From a virus (lineage: Duplodnaviria; Caudoviricetes), in IMG/VR virus record IMGVR_UViG_3300020193_000035, positions 1 through 52,616 of that record: a stretch of DNA of 52,616 nt; one strand, 5' to 3'. The notes under the pieces were generated by a model. That model worked only from the letters and a program-made list of their open reading frames with translations. It did not search any database and was not told the DNA's origin. This document shows positions 18,610-28,600 of this stretch, in pieces. The position numbers were made by a program, and so were the translations under genes. Position 1 is the first letter of the stretch. Each line of letters begins with the position of its first letter.

Positions 18610-21273
18610 TTGGCCAATTTCATATCAGGTTGGGGTGCTTCTCGCTCTGGTGGATCAAGAGCGCACGCCGGCGGCGATTATGCTGCTCCGCGCGGCACTC
18701 CTATGTTCAACAACAGCGATATGAAATTGGGTCGTGTGCTCGACAGCGGTCCATATGGCAAGCGTGTGGAACTGATAGACGATAATGGTACAGTCTATCA
18801 AAACGCACACCTTGAAAACTTTGGCGACATAGGCAAATATCAACCTGGTGACACCATACCCAAAGGCACATGGATTGGATCTGTGGGCGATAGTGGTAAT
18901 GCCAAAGGAACGCCGACTCACAGTCATTTCGAAGCACGCCCACAGTCAGATGGGAACTTTGCCGATGGAAAAGGTCCTCAAAGCCAGACCAATCCCGAAC
19001 TGATAGATCCAAAGACTGAAAAGCCCTACGCAGATGCTTTTTCGATGGGCAGACCAGATGCTGGCAGCTTGCATACCGACAGAGGTGGTATCACAGGTGA
19101 TCCCAAGTATGACAAAACAGGTGACGATCGGGCAGTGGCACAGCCCGACGAGTCTCGCAACGAAAACGATCCAACCAAGAAACCTGGAGAAAATCCGCCC
19201 GAAGGTGTCAAACAACCAGTCAAGCAAGGCAGCCAAAGAAGACCTGCGGGTCGTGTGCACAGATTGACTGATCGAAACTCTGCTGGTGGTGTGATCGATC
19301 TCTGCGTGGCCAAGACGGTGTTTGTGGACAATCTTCCCATCAGCACTGACGGTAGCCAAGGCACAGAACATCCACCATGCGATGACGACGATGACGAAAA
19401 TGATACCAATCATTGCTATCATTATTGGTTCACCGATAACGGCAGCAAGAGTGTGTTTGTAGAAAATCGACCTGTGAACTTTGAAGGCAACGCAGACACC
19501 TGCGGTCATGTCAGGATCGAAGGGTCTCCGGATGTGTTTGTAGGAGACTCCGGCGCCGAAGGGCGGCGGGGGATCGCCAGTCCACCGGTGCGAGCATTGG
19601 GCTATGATAGTCCTGCAAGAAACTACAAAGAAGCCAATCGCGGAGGCAATGCCAGCCCCAGCAACATACGCTGCCGACAGAAAGGACTTGATGATCTAAA
19701 GAAAAAAGCAGATCCCAATGATCCCAACGCAAATGGTCCACAATGGACAGCTGACCCAGACGATCCCAACAAACCTACCGGATCCAATCCGGGTGTTCCT
19801 GCTGGCATCATACCCACAGATGGTCAGACCAGCAGAGATCGACTGATACAACAGATGGATCAAGATTATTCCAATAGAGATCAATGGAACGGCGGCAAGA
19901 GTTCTCCAGCAGGACAAGCAGCATTCAGCAATCTCGGTTTTGGTGGTATGCCAAATGGAACAGCTTGGTGCGCGGTTTATGTGAACAGCAATCTCAAAGA
20001 CTCCGGGGCAGGATATGCTCCCAGTATGGCAGCAGCTTCTCCCAAGTGTTTCAAACAGGTACAACCCAGCCAGGCCAAGCCCGGAGACATCTTGGTGTTT
20101 AGCGGACACACGGCCTTGGTGAGAGAAGTCAAGTCCAACGGCAATATAGTGTTGCAAGGTGGTAATCAAGGCGGCGGAGCAGGTGCAGTCACACGCAATA
20201 CCATAAGTGCCAGCAACGGTTACAACTATGGCGGACAAGGTCTGGTGGGTGTGTATGATCCACACGACAAGAACTGGAACGACGCCAATGTTTCCAGGGA
20301 TTGCAAACCAGGCGGCAGTCCAGCAGATCCCAACAACACTCGACCATCAGCACCTATCAATGGTTCAGATTGTCCTGCAGAGACTGTAGGAGAAAAAGCA
20401 GCAGCCGAAGGCAAAGGCATCAAGACAGACCAAGATGGCGTCGATCCAGGACCAGATTCTGGACGACCACCTGACTCTACATTTGGTGGGTCCAGCAGTA
20501 TATTGGCAGGAGTATCTATTGGCGGCACAGGTGGTACGACACCAGGTGGCATCACTGGTTCTATATTGGGTGGAATGGGACAGTCGGGGTTTGGTGCTGG
20601 CGCGGGCCGCGGCTTTATCAATCCTCCGTTGGTTGATCCTACCAAAGGACCTTATAATGCTCCAGCACAGGTCGATTCGATCAAACAAGCAGCAGCAGCA
20701 TTTGATTCAGCGATGACCAGTGATCCAGGACCTGCGATTTCTCCCATGAGCACATGTGATCGTGCATTGGAACTGGCAAGAGAAGCAACAGGCAAACAGT
20801 ATCCATCAGGAACAGAAGTAGCAGCACAGCTGGCAAACGCACAGAAACTGTGGTGGAACGAAACTACGGCTGCCAACAATCATAGATATACCAAATTGGT
20901 AGCAGCATACAAGCAAGCAGGTATAAACATCTATCGTCCAATGAAAGCGGAAACCATGACACGCATGATGGCTTATCAAAGCGGATGGGGCGATTCAAAG
21001 TGCGTGAAGAATTCAGCATATAACAAAAACAATCCCATTGGTGTGGGTTGGGACGGCAATTCATGGTACGAATATCCCAGCAAGGCCGCAGGCTACACAG
21101 CCATGTGGGGTTTCTTGACACTAGGTACAGATGGTAGTTTGGGCAGATATATGTTGCCTCAGAATCTAGAAGATACTGTTTCAGCGGAAGTTGATTACAT
21201 CTACAAGCAAGGGCTGACCGATGGAACAGTCCCTCCGGCTGTGATGTTGATCAAGGATCCCAACACGATTTAA
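18610..21273 (+). CDS. Multidomain tail-spike peptidoglycan hydrolase: M23 peptidase + PAAR-like + CHAP-like + glucosaminidase-like
   Basis: HAGGD...HSHFE (M23); VFVDNLP...GSKSVFVENRP...CGH...GSPDVFVG (PAAR); AWCAVYV...GDILVFSGH (CHAP); QSGWG...NNPIGV (GH73-like); TTG start with GAGG RBS. Confidence 0.8.
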   Translation: MANFISGWGASRSGGSRAHAGGDYAAPRGTPMFNNSDMKLGRVLDSGPYGKRVELIDDNGTVYQNAHLENFGDIGKYQPGDTIPKGTWIGSVGDSGNAKGTPTHSHFEARPQSDGNFADGKGPQSQTNPELIDPKTEKPYADAFSMGRPDAGSLHTDRGGITGDPKYDKTGDDRAVAQPDESRNENDPTKKPGENPPEGVKQPVKQGSQRRPAGRVHRLTDRNSAGGVIDLCVAKTVFVDNLPISTDGSQGTEHPPCDDDDDENDTNHCYHYWFTDNGSKSVFVENRPVNFEGNADTCGHVRIEGSPDVFVGDSGAEGRRGIASPPVRALGYDSPARNYKEANRGGNASPSNIRCRQKGLDDLKKKADPNDPNANGPQWTADPDDPNKPTGSNPGVPAGIIPTDGQTSRDRLIQQMDQDYSNRDQWNGGKSSPAGQAAFSNLGFGGMPNGTAWCAVYVNSNLKDSGAGYAPSMAAASPKCFKQVQPSQAKPGDILVFSGHTALVREVKSNGNIVLQGGNQGGGAGAVTRNTISASNGYNYGGQGLVGVYDPHDKNWNDANVSRDCKPGGSPADPNNTRPSAPINGSDCPAETVGEKAAAEGKGIKTDQDGVDPGPDSGRPPDSTFGGSSSILAGVSIGGTGGTTPGGITGSILGGMGQSGFGAGAGRGFINPPLVDPTKGPYNAPAQVDSIKQAAAAFDSAMTSDPGPAISPMSTCDRALELAREATGKQYPSGTEVAAQLANAQKLWWNETTAANNHRYTKLVAAYKQAGINIYRPMKAETMTRMMAYQSGWGDSKCVKNSAYNKNNPIGVGWDGNSWYEYPSKAAGYTAMWGFLTLGTDGSLGRYMLPQNLEDTVSAEVDYIYKQGLTDGTVPPAVMLIKDPNTI

Positions 21274-21289
21274 GAGGATACATAGTAAT

Positions 21290-24200
21290 ATGGCATTGGT
21301 AAATGTAGGAATCGGCGCAAACACATTAAAGGTAGGTTTGCCAACGGAATTGGACATCAAGCGTCTGCTTTGTGCATTGCTGGCTGGCGATATCAACAAT
21401 CTGTTGAAAGGACCATTGGTCTGTATAAACATCGCAATTGAGGATCTCCTGGGTCAATTGCCATCCAGCGCACTGACTGATGCGTTAAGGAATCTACAGA
21501 ATGGCGTAGGCGATCTGCTGCAACAGTCAGGCATCAATGATACCTTGGGTCGATTGAACAGCGCGACAGCACAGCTGGAAAGCCTGTTTGGTCTTGGCGG
21601 CATCTGCCCTGTGCCTTTCACGCTGCCTCGTATCGGCAACATATTAGGAGACATGGTCAATGCTTATTCAGCAGCAGCCAGAGGTATCATCCAGGATATC
21701 GCTGACCTAGAGCAAGCACTCAGCAACATCTGCTTGGGCACAGGAGGCATCGGCGCCAACTGGAACAATATGGTAGGTGGATCTCTCAAGAGACTCAAGA
21801 CCGACATAGACAATTTTGGTACCAATCTGCCCGGTAATGTGATCGCCCAGTATACGGCACAGCTCAATCAGTCTAAAACAGCCATTGGTGGAATCATTAA
21901 TAGGATGAGTGGCGGCGGCGGCAATGATGCAACACGGGTCGCAGCAGCAGCAGGTCTTGCTTTCCAACTGAACGGTTTGTATGATCGCATTGGTTCATAT
22001 CCTGTAACAGATGGCAACATCGTGTATGACAATGTGTTCAAGATGTTCCTTGATCCAGATGTGTATGATGCGCTGATCGCTGTGCAAGGTGGATCATCGC
22101 TGATCACCCAAGAACAACCTGTGCTGGACAACTGCGGACGAGTGATATCAACCAAGACCGTGGTTTTGCAAGGCGACATAGCAGCAGCACCGTTTGATGC
22201 TACCATAGATGCCACCACAGTTCCTATCCCTGCGCCAGCCTTGGGTGATTTCAAATTCCGCGAACAAGATGGCAGTTTCAAAGTCAATTTACTGAGCGGA
22301 AACAATCCGAAAGTGACCTTGATCAAAGGTCGTAGCTACAACATCGCACTGGAAACAGAAAATATCGGGGTCAACATACTGTATCCCAACAACAATCAAT
22401 TCTACAGCGAAGGACTGTTCCACGAAGACGGAACATCAGGCAATAGCGCACAGAACAAGAAGTCTGGTTTCTTGACCTGGAACATACCCATCGATGCTCC
22501 AGATGAACTCAAGTATCAAGACGTAGGTGGAACTCAGACTGGTACGATCAAACTGCAAAATGTCAGCGTGGCTGGCATACCTTTGCCACCGGACCCTTCG
22601 GGAGTCAACAGCTTTGGTCGATTGACAGTCACTGGTGGCAGCCCAATCGAAGCCGGACAACCAGGAGACACACTGGCACTTTCAGCTGGTAATAATATCA
22701 CATTCGTCACTGATCCTGTGAACAAAATATTGACCATCAACAGTACCGGAGGCGGTGGAGGTGGAGGTGGAGGTGGAGATACGTTCAAGACCATACGTGT
22801 GGGAACCACAGATGTCGTAGCCGATTCAGGAGAGGATGTTCTCACGCTGGCAGCAGGTTCCAACATTGTGTTGGCAGCAGATCCTGCTACCGATACCATA
22901 ACCATATCCAGCACAGGCACATCATCCAATAGCTTCAATAATTTTGTGGTTGACACCACTACCATCACTCCTGATCAGCCAGACGATACACTGACTTTTG
23001 TTGCAGGCCGAGGAGTGGCACTGACTGGCAATGCCACATCCGATCAGATCACCATAGCCAATGCATTGGAATTCTTAGCTGGCCCAGGAATCAATATCGC
23101 ACGTGATGATATTACCAACACAGTGACCATCACCAATATTGGTGGGGGTGGAGGCGGAGGCGGCAACAATTTTGCTATCGTAGCTGTTCCAGGGCAGAGC
23201 AACATCGTGGCTGAAACTGCCAATGACACGTTGACCATAGCAGCAGGATCCAATGTTACCATAACTACAGATTCTGCGACCGACACGTTGACCATAGCAG
23301 CCATAGCAGCTTCGCAGCCAACTTTTAGAAACGTAATAGTAGGCGCTACCACGGTGGTCGCTGACGGACCCGAAGATACACTGACCTTGGTCGCTGGACC
23401 CAATGTCACATTGACTGCCAATGCTGCAACCGATACTATAACCATCGACAGCACCGCAGCCAGCGACACATTCAAGACAGTCAAGGTGGGTGCGACCGAT
23501 GTGGTTGCGGATTCTCCCAACGATACGCTGAACATCGTGGCAGGCAACGGCATACAGATAACCGCAAACGCTACAACCGATACCATAACCATCGCAAGCC
23601 TGACTTCAGGTAACACAGCATTTGTGCAGTTTGATGTTGCGGGACAAAACAGCGTGGTAGCAGATAATGCCAGCGATGTGGTGACATTCGAAGCAGGTGC
23701 AGCGATCACATTGACAACAGATGCTGCTACCGACAAAATCACATTTGCTGTCACTGATAATCCTATCATCCCAGGTACGCAATACATGCGTGTGCCTCGT
23801 GGTGCAACAACAGCAAGACCAGCATCTCCTCAAAATGGCATGCTGAGGTACAATACCACTACTACAGCATTTGAAGTCTATTACAACACCATATGGAAGA
23901 GTCTGATAGACGAAGTGGTCAGTGTAGGCACAGGAACCAATGTTATCAAATCAGTGACTGATGCCAAAGTAGAAATACGCAGCATCAAGGCCGGTACAGG
24001 TATTTCGGTTACCACAGACGGCGATGACATAACCATAACATCCACTGCCGCGGGCTCGATTACTGGTATCAATGTAGGAACTGGCACAGGTGTGTTCAAA
24101 GAAAAGACCGGAGACCAGCTGATATTCCGCAGCATCAAGGCTGGTACAGGTGTTTCGGTCACCACAGATGGCAACGACATAACTATCTCATCGCCCAGAG

Positions 24201-24565
24201 ATCAATATGTCGAAGCAGGCACGGCCACAACAACTGACGCAGCTTTCACCAACATAGTTTGGTCCAACACACTGGCTCCAGCCAACAACAGCTCTTGGTT
24301 CTTTGAAGCTACCTTTATCGGACGCAGGACAGGCGGAGTGGTCGAACGCAATGCGTTCAAACTGGAAGGCGTGCTGGACAACACTTCGGGTGTGATCAGT
24401 TTGGTTGGACCAGCTGCCAAGACCACTTACCAAAACAACGCCACACAATGGGATGTGGATGTCAGTATCACATCCAATCAAGTTCGATTCCGAGTCAAAG
24501 GCGAAGTCGGCAAGACCCTCAAATGGACGGGTTGGTTGAGATATCAGCAGGTCACTGAGGTATAA
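21290..24565 (+). CDS. Tail fibre / virion structural protein with internal repeats
   Basis: 1091 aa, Thr/Gly/Ala-rich, about seven ~49-aa repeats and poly-Gly hinges. Confidence 0.8.
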   Translation: MALVNVGIGANTLKVGLPTELDIKRLLCALLAGDINNLLKGPLVCINIAIEDLLGQLPSSALTDALRNLQNGVGDLLQQSGINDTLGRLNSATAQLESLFGLGGICPVPFTLPRIGNILGDMVNAYSAAARGIIQDIADLEQALSNICLGTGGIGANWNNMVGGSLKRLKTDIDNFGTNLPGNVIAQYTAQLNQSKTAIGGIINRMSGGGGNDATRVAAAAGLAFQLNGLYDRIGSYPVTDGNIVYDNVFKMFLDPDVYDALIAVQGGSSLITQEQPVLDNCGRVISTKTVVLQGDIAAAPFDATIDATTVPIPAPALGDFKFREQDGSFKVNLLSGNNPKVTLIKGRSYNIALETENIGVNILYPNNNQFYSEGLFHEDGTSGNSAQNKKSGFLTWNIPIDAPDELKYQDVGGTQTGTIKLQNVSVAGIPLPPDPSGVNSFGRLTVTGGSPIEAGQPGDTLALSAGNNITFVTDPVNKILTINSTGGGGGGGGGGDTFKTIRVGTTDVVADSGEDVLTLAAGSNIVLAADPATDTITISSTGTSSNSFNNFVVDTTTITPDQPDDTLTFVAGRGVALTGNATSDQITIANALEFLAGPGINIARDDITNTVTITNIGGGGGGGGNNFAIVAVPGQSNIVAETANDTLTIAAGSNVTITTDSATDTLTIAAIAASQPTFRNVIVGATTVVADGPEDTLTLVAGPNVTLTANAATDTITIDSTAASDTFKTVKVGATDVVADSPNDTLNIVAGNGIQITANATTDTITIASLTSGNTAFVQFDVAGQNSVVADNASDVVTFEAGAAITLTTDAATDKITFAVTDNPIIPGTQYMRVPRGATTARPASPQNGMLRYNTTTTAFEVYYNTIWKSLIDEVVSVGTGTNVIKSVTDAKVEIRSIKAGTGISVTTDGDDITITSTAAGSITGINVGTGTGVFKEKTGDQLIFRSIKAGTGVSVTTDGNDITISSPRDQYVEAGTATTTDAAFTNIVWSNTLAPANNSSWFFEATFIGRRTGGVVERNAFKLEGVLDNTSGVISLVGPAAKTTYQNNATQWDVDVSITSNQVRFRVKGEVGKTLKWTGWLRYQQVTEV
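22610..23760 (+). repeat. Tandem ~49-aa protein repeats (FxxxxV...VAD...DTLTLxAGxNxTxTxxxxTDTITI)
   Basis: Seen directly in the translation; boundaries approximate. Confidence 0.85.
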
Positions 24566-24629
24566 ACTCATTGACTTCCTGTGTTGACACTGTTATCATA
24601 TAGTCAACTTTTTCAAAACAGGACATGTC

Positions 24630-25175
24630 ATGAATACTGATTTAGATCAGACTCTCTGTACCAAATATCCCAAACTCTTTAGAGACCGCCATGCACCCAT
24701 GACCGAAACCTGCATGTGCTGGGGGTTTGATTGCGGCGATGGCTGGTACAACATCATTGATCAGCTGTGCTGGTCGATCCAAAGCTACCTTGATTCGAAA
24801 CAGGAACAACACGATCGTGATGTGGTATACAACGTAATGATACAAGCTGGCTTGGCCGGAGATCTCACACTTTTGAATGAGTATTACAAGAGAGGTCTCA
24901 ATTCGAATCAATATATACAAGAAGCCTTGATCAAAGGCCCAAGACAAGTGGAACCGTTGATACCGCAGGTGGTGGTCACGCAAGTCAAGGAAAAGTTTGG
25001 AACTTTGCGTTTTTACTACAGCGGCGGCGATGACTACATCAGTGGATTGGTATCCATGGCCGAAGTCATGTCAGCAGTGACCTGTGAAGAATGTGGCGTA
25101 CCGGGAAAACGGCGTCATGGCGGATGGATACGAACTTTGTGCGACACACACGAGCAAGAACATCAGAATCGTTAG
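24630..25175 (+). CDS. Conserved phage hypothetical protein
   Basis: CGDGWY, QVKEKFGTLRFYY, CEECG...WIRTLC motifs. Confidence 0.8.
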   Translation: MNTDLDQTLCTKYPKLFRDRHAPMTETCMCWGFDCGDGWYNIIDQLCWSIQSYLDSKQEQHDRDVVYNVMIQAGLAGDLTLLNEYYKRGLNSNQYIQEALIKGPRQVEPLIPQVVVTQVKEKFGTLRFYYSGGDDYISGLVSMAEVMSAVTCEECGVPGKRRHGGWIRTLCDTHEQEHQNR

Positions 25176-25184
25176 GAGAATAAA

Positions 25185-25505
25185 ATGCCAATATGGAAAC
25201 CAGCATCAGTTGATCGGGCACCCGAGGTGACCATGAGCGAATGGCGTATCATGGAAGTGACCAGCCCTTACTGGGATGGTGCTAGCAGACACTTCGTGGG
25301 TCATAATGTGACCGACGGTGAAGGCCGTGTCAGCAGCAACATCGTTGAGTTTGACAAAGAAAAGATGGTAGGTATCACTCGCAGTGGTCGTGTATATCAT
25401 TTGGTAGGTTCTTCTAGACAAGATGCAGATGCCGGTTATGTGTGGAATCAATGGAAAAAAATCAATCACGTCGATTCAGAACTGGATGTATCGGAGAGCA
25501 TATGA
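25185..25505 (+). CDS. Hypothetical protein
   Basis: AGGAGA RBS; GRVSS...GITRSGRVYHLVG. Confidence 0.8.
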   Translation: MPIWKPASVDRAPEVTMSEWRIMEVTSPYWDGASRHFVGHNVTDGEGRVSSNIVEFDKEKMVGITRSGRVYHLVGSSRQDADAGYVWNQWKKINHVDSELDVSESI

Positions 25506-25506
25506 G

Positions 25507-25650
25507 ATGTCAGACGAACGCGGTTATCAGCTGCTGGAGGAAAGGCTCAATAGTTTTATGAGTATAACCGAAAAACTATTTTTTATCGAAATCATTGGAT
25601 TATGGGTAGCCATATTTTTATTGATGTTGTTAATCATTATGAAAAAATGA
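25507..25650 (+). CDS. Small membrane protein
   Basis: 47 aa with a C-terminal hydrophobic helix. Confidence 0.5.
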   Translation: MSDERGYQLLEERLNSFMSITEKLFFIEIIGLWVAIFLLMLLIIMKK

Positions 25651-25659
25651 AAGGAGGGT

Positions 25660-26532
25660 TTGATGTCCAGAAGATACTATTCAGATTCGCGTTTTTTCAA
25701 ATGGTTACGAGTTAATGTGTTCAAAGTGGACAAACCCGTGGCGTTGGAATGGGGTGGATGGGACAAGTGGGATGAAAAGACCAAAGCCGAACGTCCGTTG
25801 GCTTATTTCTTCACAGAAACTCTCCCTGACTGGTTGGAGAAGCCAGCTGAGTGGTTGATCGATCCCATCTATGACGTAAAGTATTACATAGTCAATCGCT
25901 GGATAGACAAGACACATGTCCTGGAGTCGAAACTTAGTAAGGGCAAATGGCACGAGCTTGAAACACGGCTGCTGCACTGCATGTTTGACGAGTTGATCAA
26001 TCATGTGGAAATTGAAATGGCCTGGAGCCACATAGCTTGGAGCGACCAAGAAGAACGTGCCAAGTATCACGCACCCTGGTATGCCACAGGCTGGTTCCGC
26101 ACACGCACCTGGCGCTGTCCTGAAGCAGCATTGGATCATCTGCACTGGGAACAAGGGCTGGTGTGGAAGGCCGAAGAAGTAGGCGAAGATAGCGAGCTGG
26201 TAGGACAGCGCATGGACCAGGCCGTACGGGCGGACGAAATACTTGCACTCTACACTTGGTGGAAAGAAACAAGACCCAGCCGCGGCGATGCCTGGGACGT
26301 CACTGGTTTCCGTGCGTTTTGGGAAAGCATGGATGCAAAATATGATGATTCTGATGGAGAACGCACCAGCTGGATAAACTTCAAGAAAAACGACAAAAAT
26401 CTCACACCAGAGGAAGACGCCGAATACTGGCGCTTACACAAACTGGTTGAACAGCAGGAACAAGCATGGGAAACTGAAGATGAAAACATGATGATACGTC
26501 TGATCAAGGTCCGACGTGGGCTTTGGACTTGA
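25660..26532 (+). CDS. Trp-rich conserved phage hypothetical protein
   Basis: 290 aa; AGGAGG RBS; C-terminal RLIKVRRGLWT. Confidence 0.8.
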   Translation: MMSRRYYSDSRFFKWLRVNVFKVDKPVALEWGGWDKWDEKTKAERPLAYFFTETLPDWLEKPAEWLIDPIYDVKYYIVNRWIDKTHVLESKLSKGKWHELETRLLHCMFDELINHVEIEMAWSHIAWSDQEERAKYHAPWYATGWFRTRTWRCPEAALDHLHWEQGLVWKAEEVGEDSELVGQRMDQAVRADEILALYTWWKETRPSRGDAWDVTGFRAFWESMDAKYDDSDGERTSWINFKKNDKNLTPEEDAEYWRLHKLVEQQEQAWETEDENMMIRLIKVRRGLWT

Positions 26533-26559
26533 TCCAAAGCCTAATGTCCGTTGGGCATC

Positions 26560-26607
26560 GCCGATGGGTTAAATACAGTCATAGCCGATGGGTTAAATAC
26601 AATCATA
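26560..26607 (+). repeat. 24-nt tandem duplication carrying two TAAATA late promoters
   Basis: GCCGATGGGTTAAATACAGTCATA / GCCGATGGGTTAAATACAATCATA. Confidence 0.9.
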
Positions 26608-26653
26608 AGAAGAACATAATAGGGCCGTGACGAGCCACCCCAGAGGAGTCGTG

Positions 26654-28594
26654 ATGACAAACATTTTTGATCGCTTCAGGAAAGAACAGATCGCTCGCAG
26701 TGTAGAGTATATTGGCTTCAATGAATACCTAGACTTTTGCAAGGATGACAGGCTGGCATACGCTACCGCAGCTGAACGCATGCTGTCAGCCATCGGCGCA
26801 CCAGAGCTGATAGATACCAGCAGAGATCCAAGACTCAGCAGGATATTCCTCAACAGGACGGTGCGTAGATATCCGGCCTTTTCTGATTTTTATGGCATGG
26901 AAGAAGCCGTCGAACGCATAGTAGGTTATTTCAAGCACGCAGCCCAAGGATTGGAAGAGCGCAAGCAGATACTTTATCTGTTGGGTCCTGTGGGTGGAGG
27001 AAAAAGCTCATTGGCTGAACGTCTCAAAGAATTGGTACAATCGTATCCTATATATGTGTTGGCAGCAGAAGATGGAACTCTCAGCCCTGTGATTGAAACA
27101 CCGCTGAATCTTTTTGATCCAGCGAAATATGCAGATGCTCTCAAAGACGAATATGGCATCGAACGCAGGTACATCTCAGGTATCGCTAGCCCTTGGGCGA
27201 TCAAACGCCTGAAAGAGTATGGCGGCGACATCAGCCGCTTCCAAGTGGCCAAGGTATGGCCCAGCAAGCTGGAACAGATTGGTGTGGTCAAGACCGAACC
27301 CGGAGACGACAACAATCAAGATATCTCGGCACTGGTTGGCAAAACCAATATCCGCATGCTGGAACATTACAGTCAAAGCGATCCTGACAGCTACAGCTTC
27401 AGTGGTGCCTTGTGTCGCGGCAACCAAGGTATAGTAGAATTTGTAGAAATGTTCAAGGCACCGATCAAGATGTTGCATCCACTGCTGACAGCAACACAAG
27501 AAAGCAACTATATCGGTACTGAAGCCATTTCGGCTATTCCATTCAACGGTGTGGTTCTGGCACACTCAAACGAAGCGGAATGGCAGACCTTCAAGAGCAA
27601 CAAAAACAACGAAGCATTCATTGATCGTATCAATGTGGTCAAGATTCCCTACTGCCTCAGGATAACAGATGAAATATCCATCTATGAAAAGATGCTGGAA
27701 GTTTCCAGTCTTGGTTCGGCACCATGCGCACCACAGACTCTGAACATGCTGGCCAAGTTCAGCGTGCTCACTCGTTTGAAGGAGCATGAAAATTCCAACC
27801 TTTACAGCAAGATGCGTGTGTATGATGGTGAGGCGGTCAAGGATGTTGATCCCAAGGCCAAGAGCATGCAAGAATACAGAGATGCTGCTGGAGTAGACGA
27901 AGGCATGGAAGGCATTTCTACTCGTTTTGCTTTCAAGGTCTTGTCAAAGACGTTCAACTTTGATCCAGCCGAAGTATCTGCAGATCCTGTGCATCTCATG
28001 TATATACTCGAGGATGCCATCCGTAGAGAACAATATTCCGACGAAAAGCAAAACGAATACATCGGCTTCATCAAAGAGTATCTCAGTCCCAAATACGCTG
28101 AGTTCATTGGACATGAGATACAGAAGGCCTATCTTGAAAGTTACTCAGACTATGGTCAGAACTTGTTTGACCGTTATGTAGAATATGCTGATGCTTGGAT
28201 GCAGGAAATCGATTTCAAGGATCCAGACACAGGTAACTTGTTTGATCGTGACATCTTGAACAATGAACTGGAAAAGATCGAAAAGCCAGCAGGCATCGCC
28301 AATCCCAAAGATTTCCGCAACGAAGTGGTCAATTTCGTGTTGCGTGCACGTGCCAAGAACACCGGTGGCCTGGTCAAGTGGACCAGTTACGAAAAGCTGC
28401 GCGAAGTGATCGAAAAGAAGATGTTTGCCAGCACCGAAGAGCTGCTGCCCATCATCAGCTTCTCTGCCAAAGGCAACAGCGAAGATCAGAAAAAGCACGA
28501 AGCCTTTGTTGACAGGATGGCCAGCAAAGGTTACACGCCCAAACAGGTCAAGAGGCTAGTGGAATGGTACATGCGTGTTCAGAAGAGCTCATGA
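26654..28594 (+). CDS. prkA: PrkA/YeaG-family AAA+ ATPase (annotated serine protein kinase)
   Basis: LLGPVGGGKSSLAE, KTEPGDDNNQDIS, EFVEMFKAPIK, AHSNE. Confidence 0.97.
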   Translation: MTNIFDRFRKEQIARSVEYIGFNEYLDFCKDDRLAYATAAERMLSAIGAPELIDTSRDPRLSRIFLNRTVRRYPAFSDFYGMEEAVERIVGYFKHAAQGLEERKQILYLLGPVGGGKSSLAERLKELVQSYPIYVLAAEDGTLSPVIETPLNLFDPAKYADALKDEYGIERRYISGIASPWAIKRLKEYGGDISRFQVAKVWPSKLEQIGVVKTEPGDDNNQDISALVGKTNIRMLEHYSQSDPDSYSFSGALCRGNQGIVEFVEMFKAPIKMLHPLLTATQESNYIGTEAISAIPFNGVVLAHSNEAEWQTFKSNKNNEAFIDRINVVKIPYCLRITDEISIYEKMLEVSSLGSAPCAPQTLNMLAKFSVLTRLKEHENSNLYSKMRVYDGEAVKDVDPKAKSMQEYRDAAGVDEGMEGISTRFAFKVLSKTFNFDPAEVSADPVHLMYILEDAIRREQYSDEKQNEYIGFIKEYLSPKYAEFIGHEIQKAYLESYSDYGQNLFDRYVEYADAWMQEIDFKDPDTGNLFDRDILNNELEKIEKPAGIANPKDFRNEVVNFVLRARAKNTGGLVKWTSYEKLREVIEKKMFASTEELLPIISFSAKGNSEDQKKHEAFVDRMASKGYTPKQVKRLVEWYMRVQKSS

Positions 28595-28600
28595 CATCGC

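Noticed and set aside
23044-23787. 247-aa minus-strand ORF
   Set aside because: Antisense shadow of the repetitive Thr/Ala/Val-rich fibre gene.
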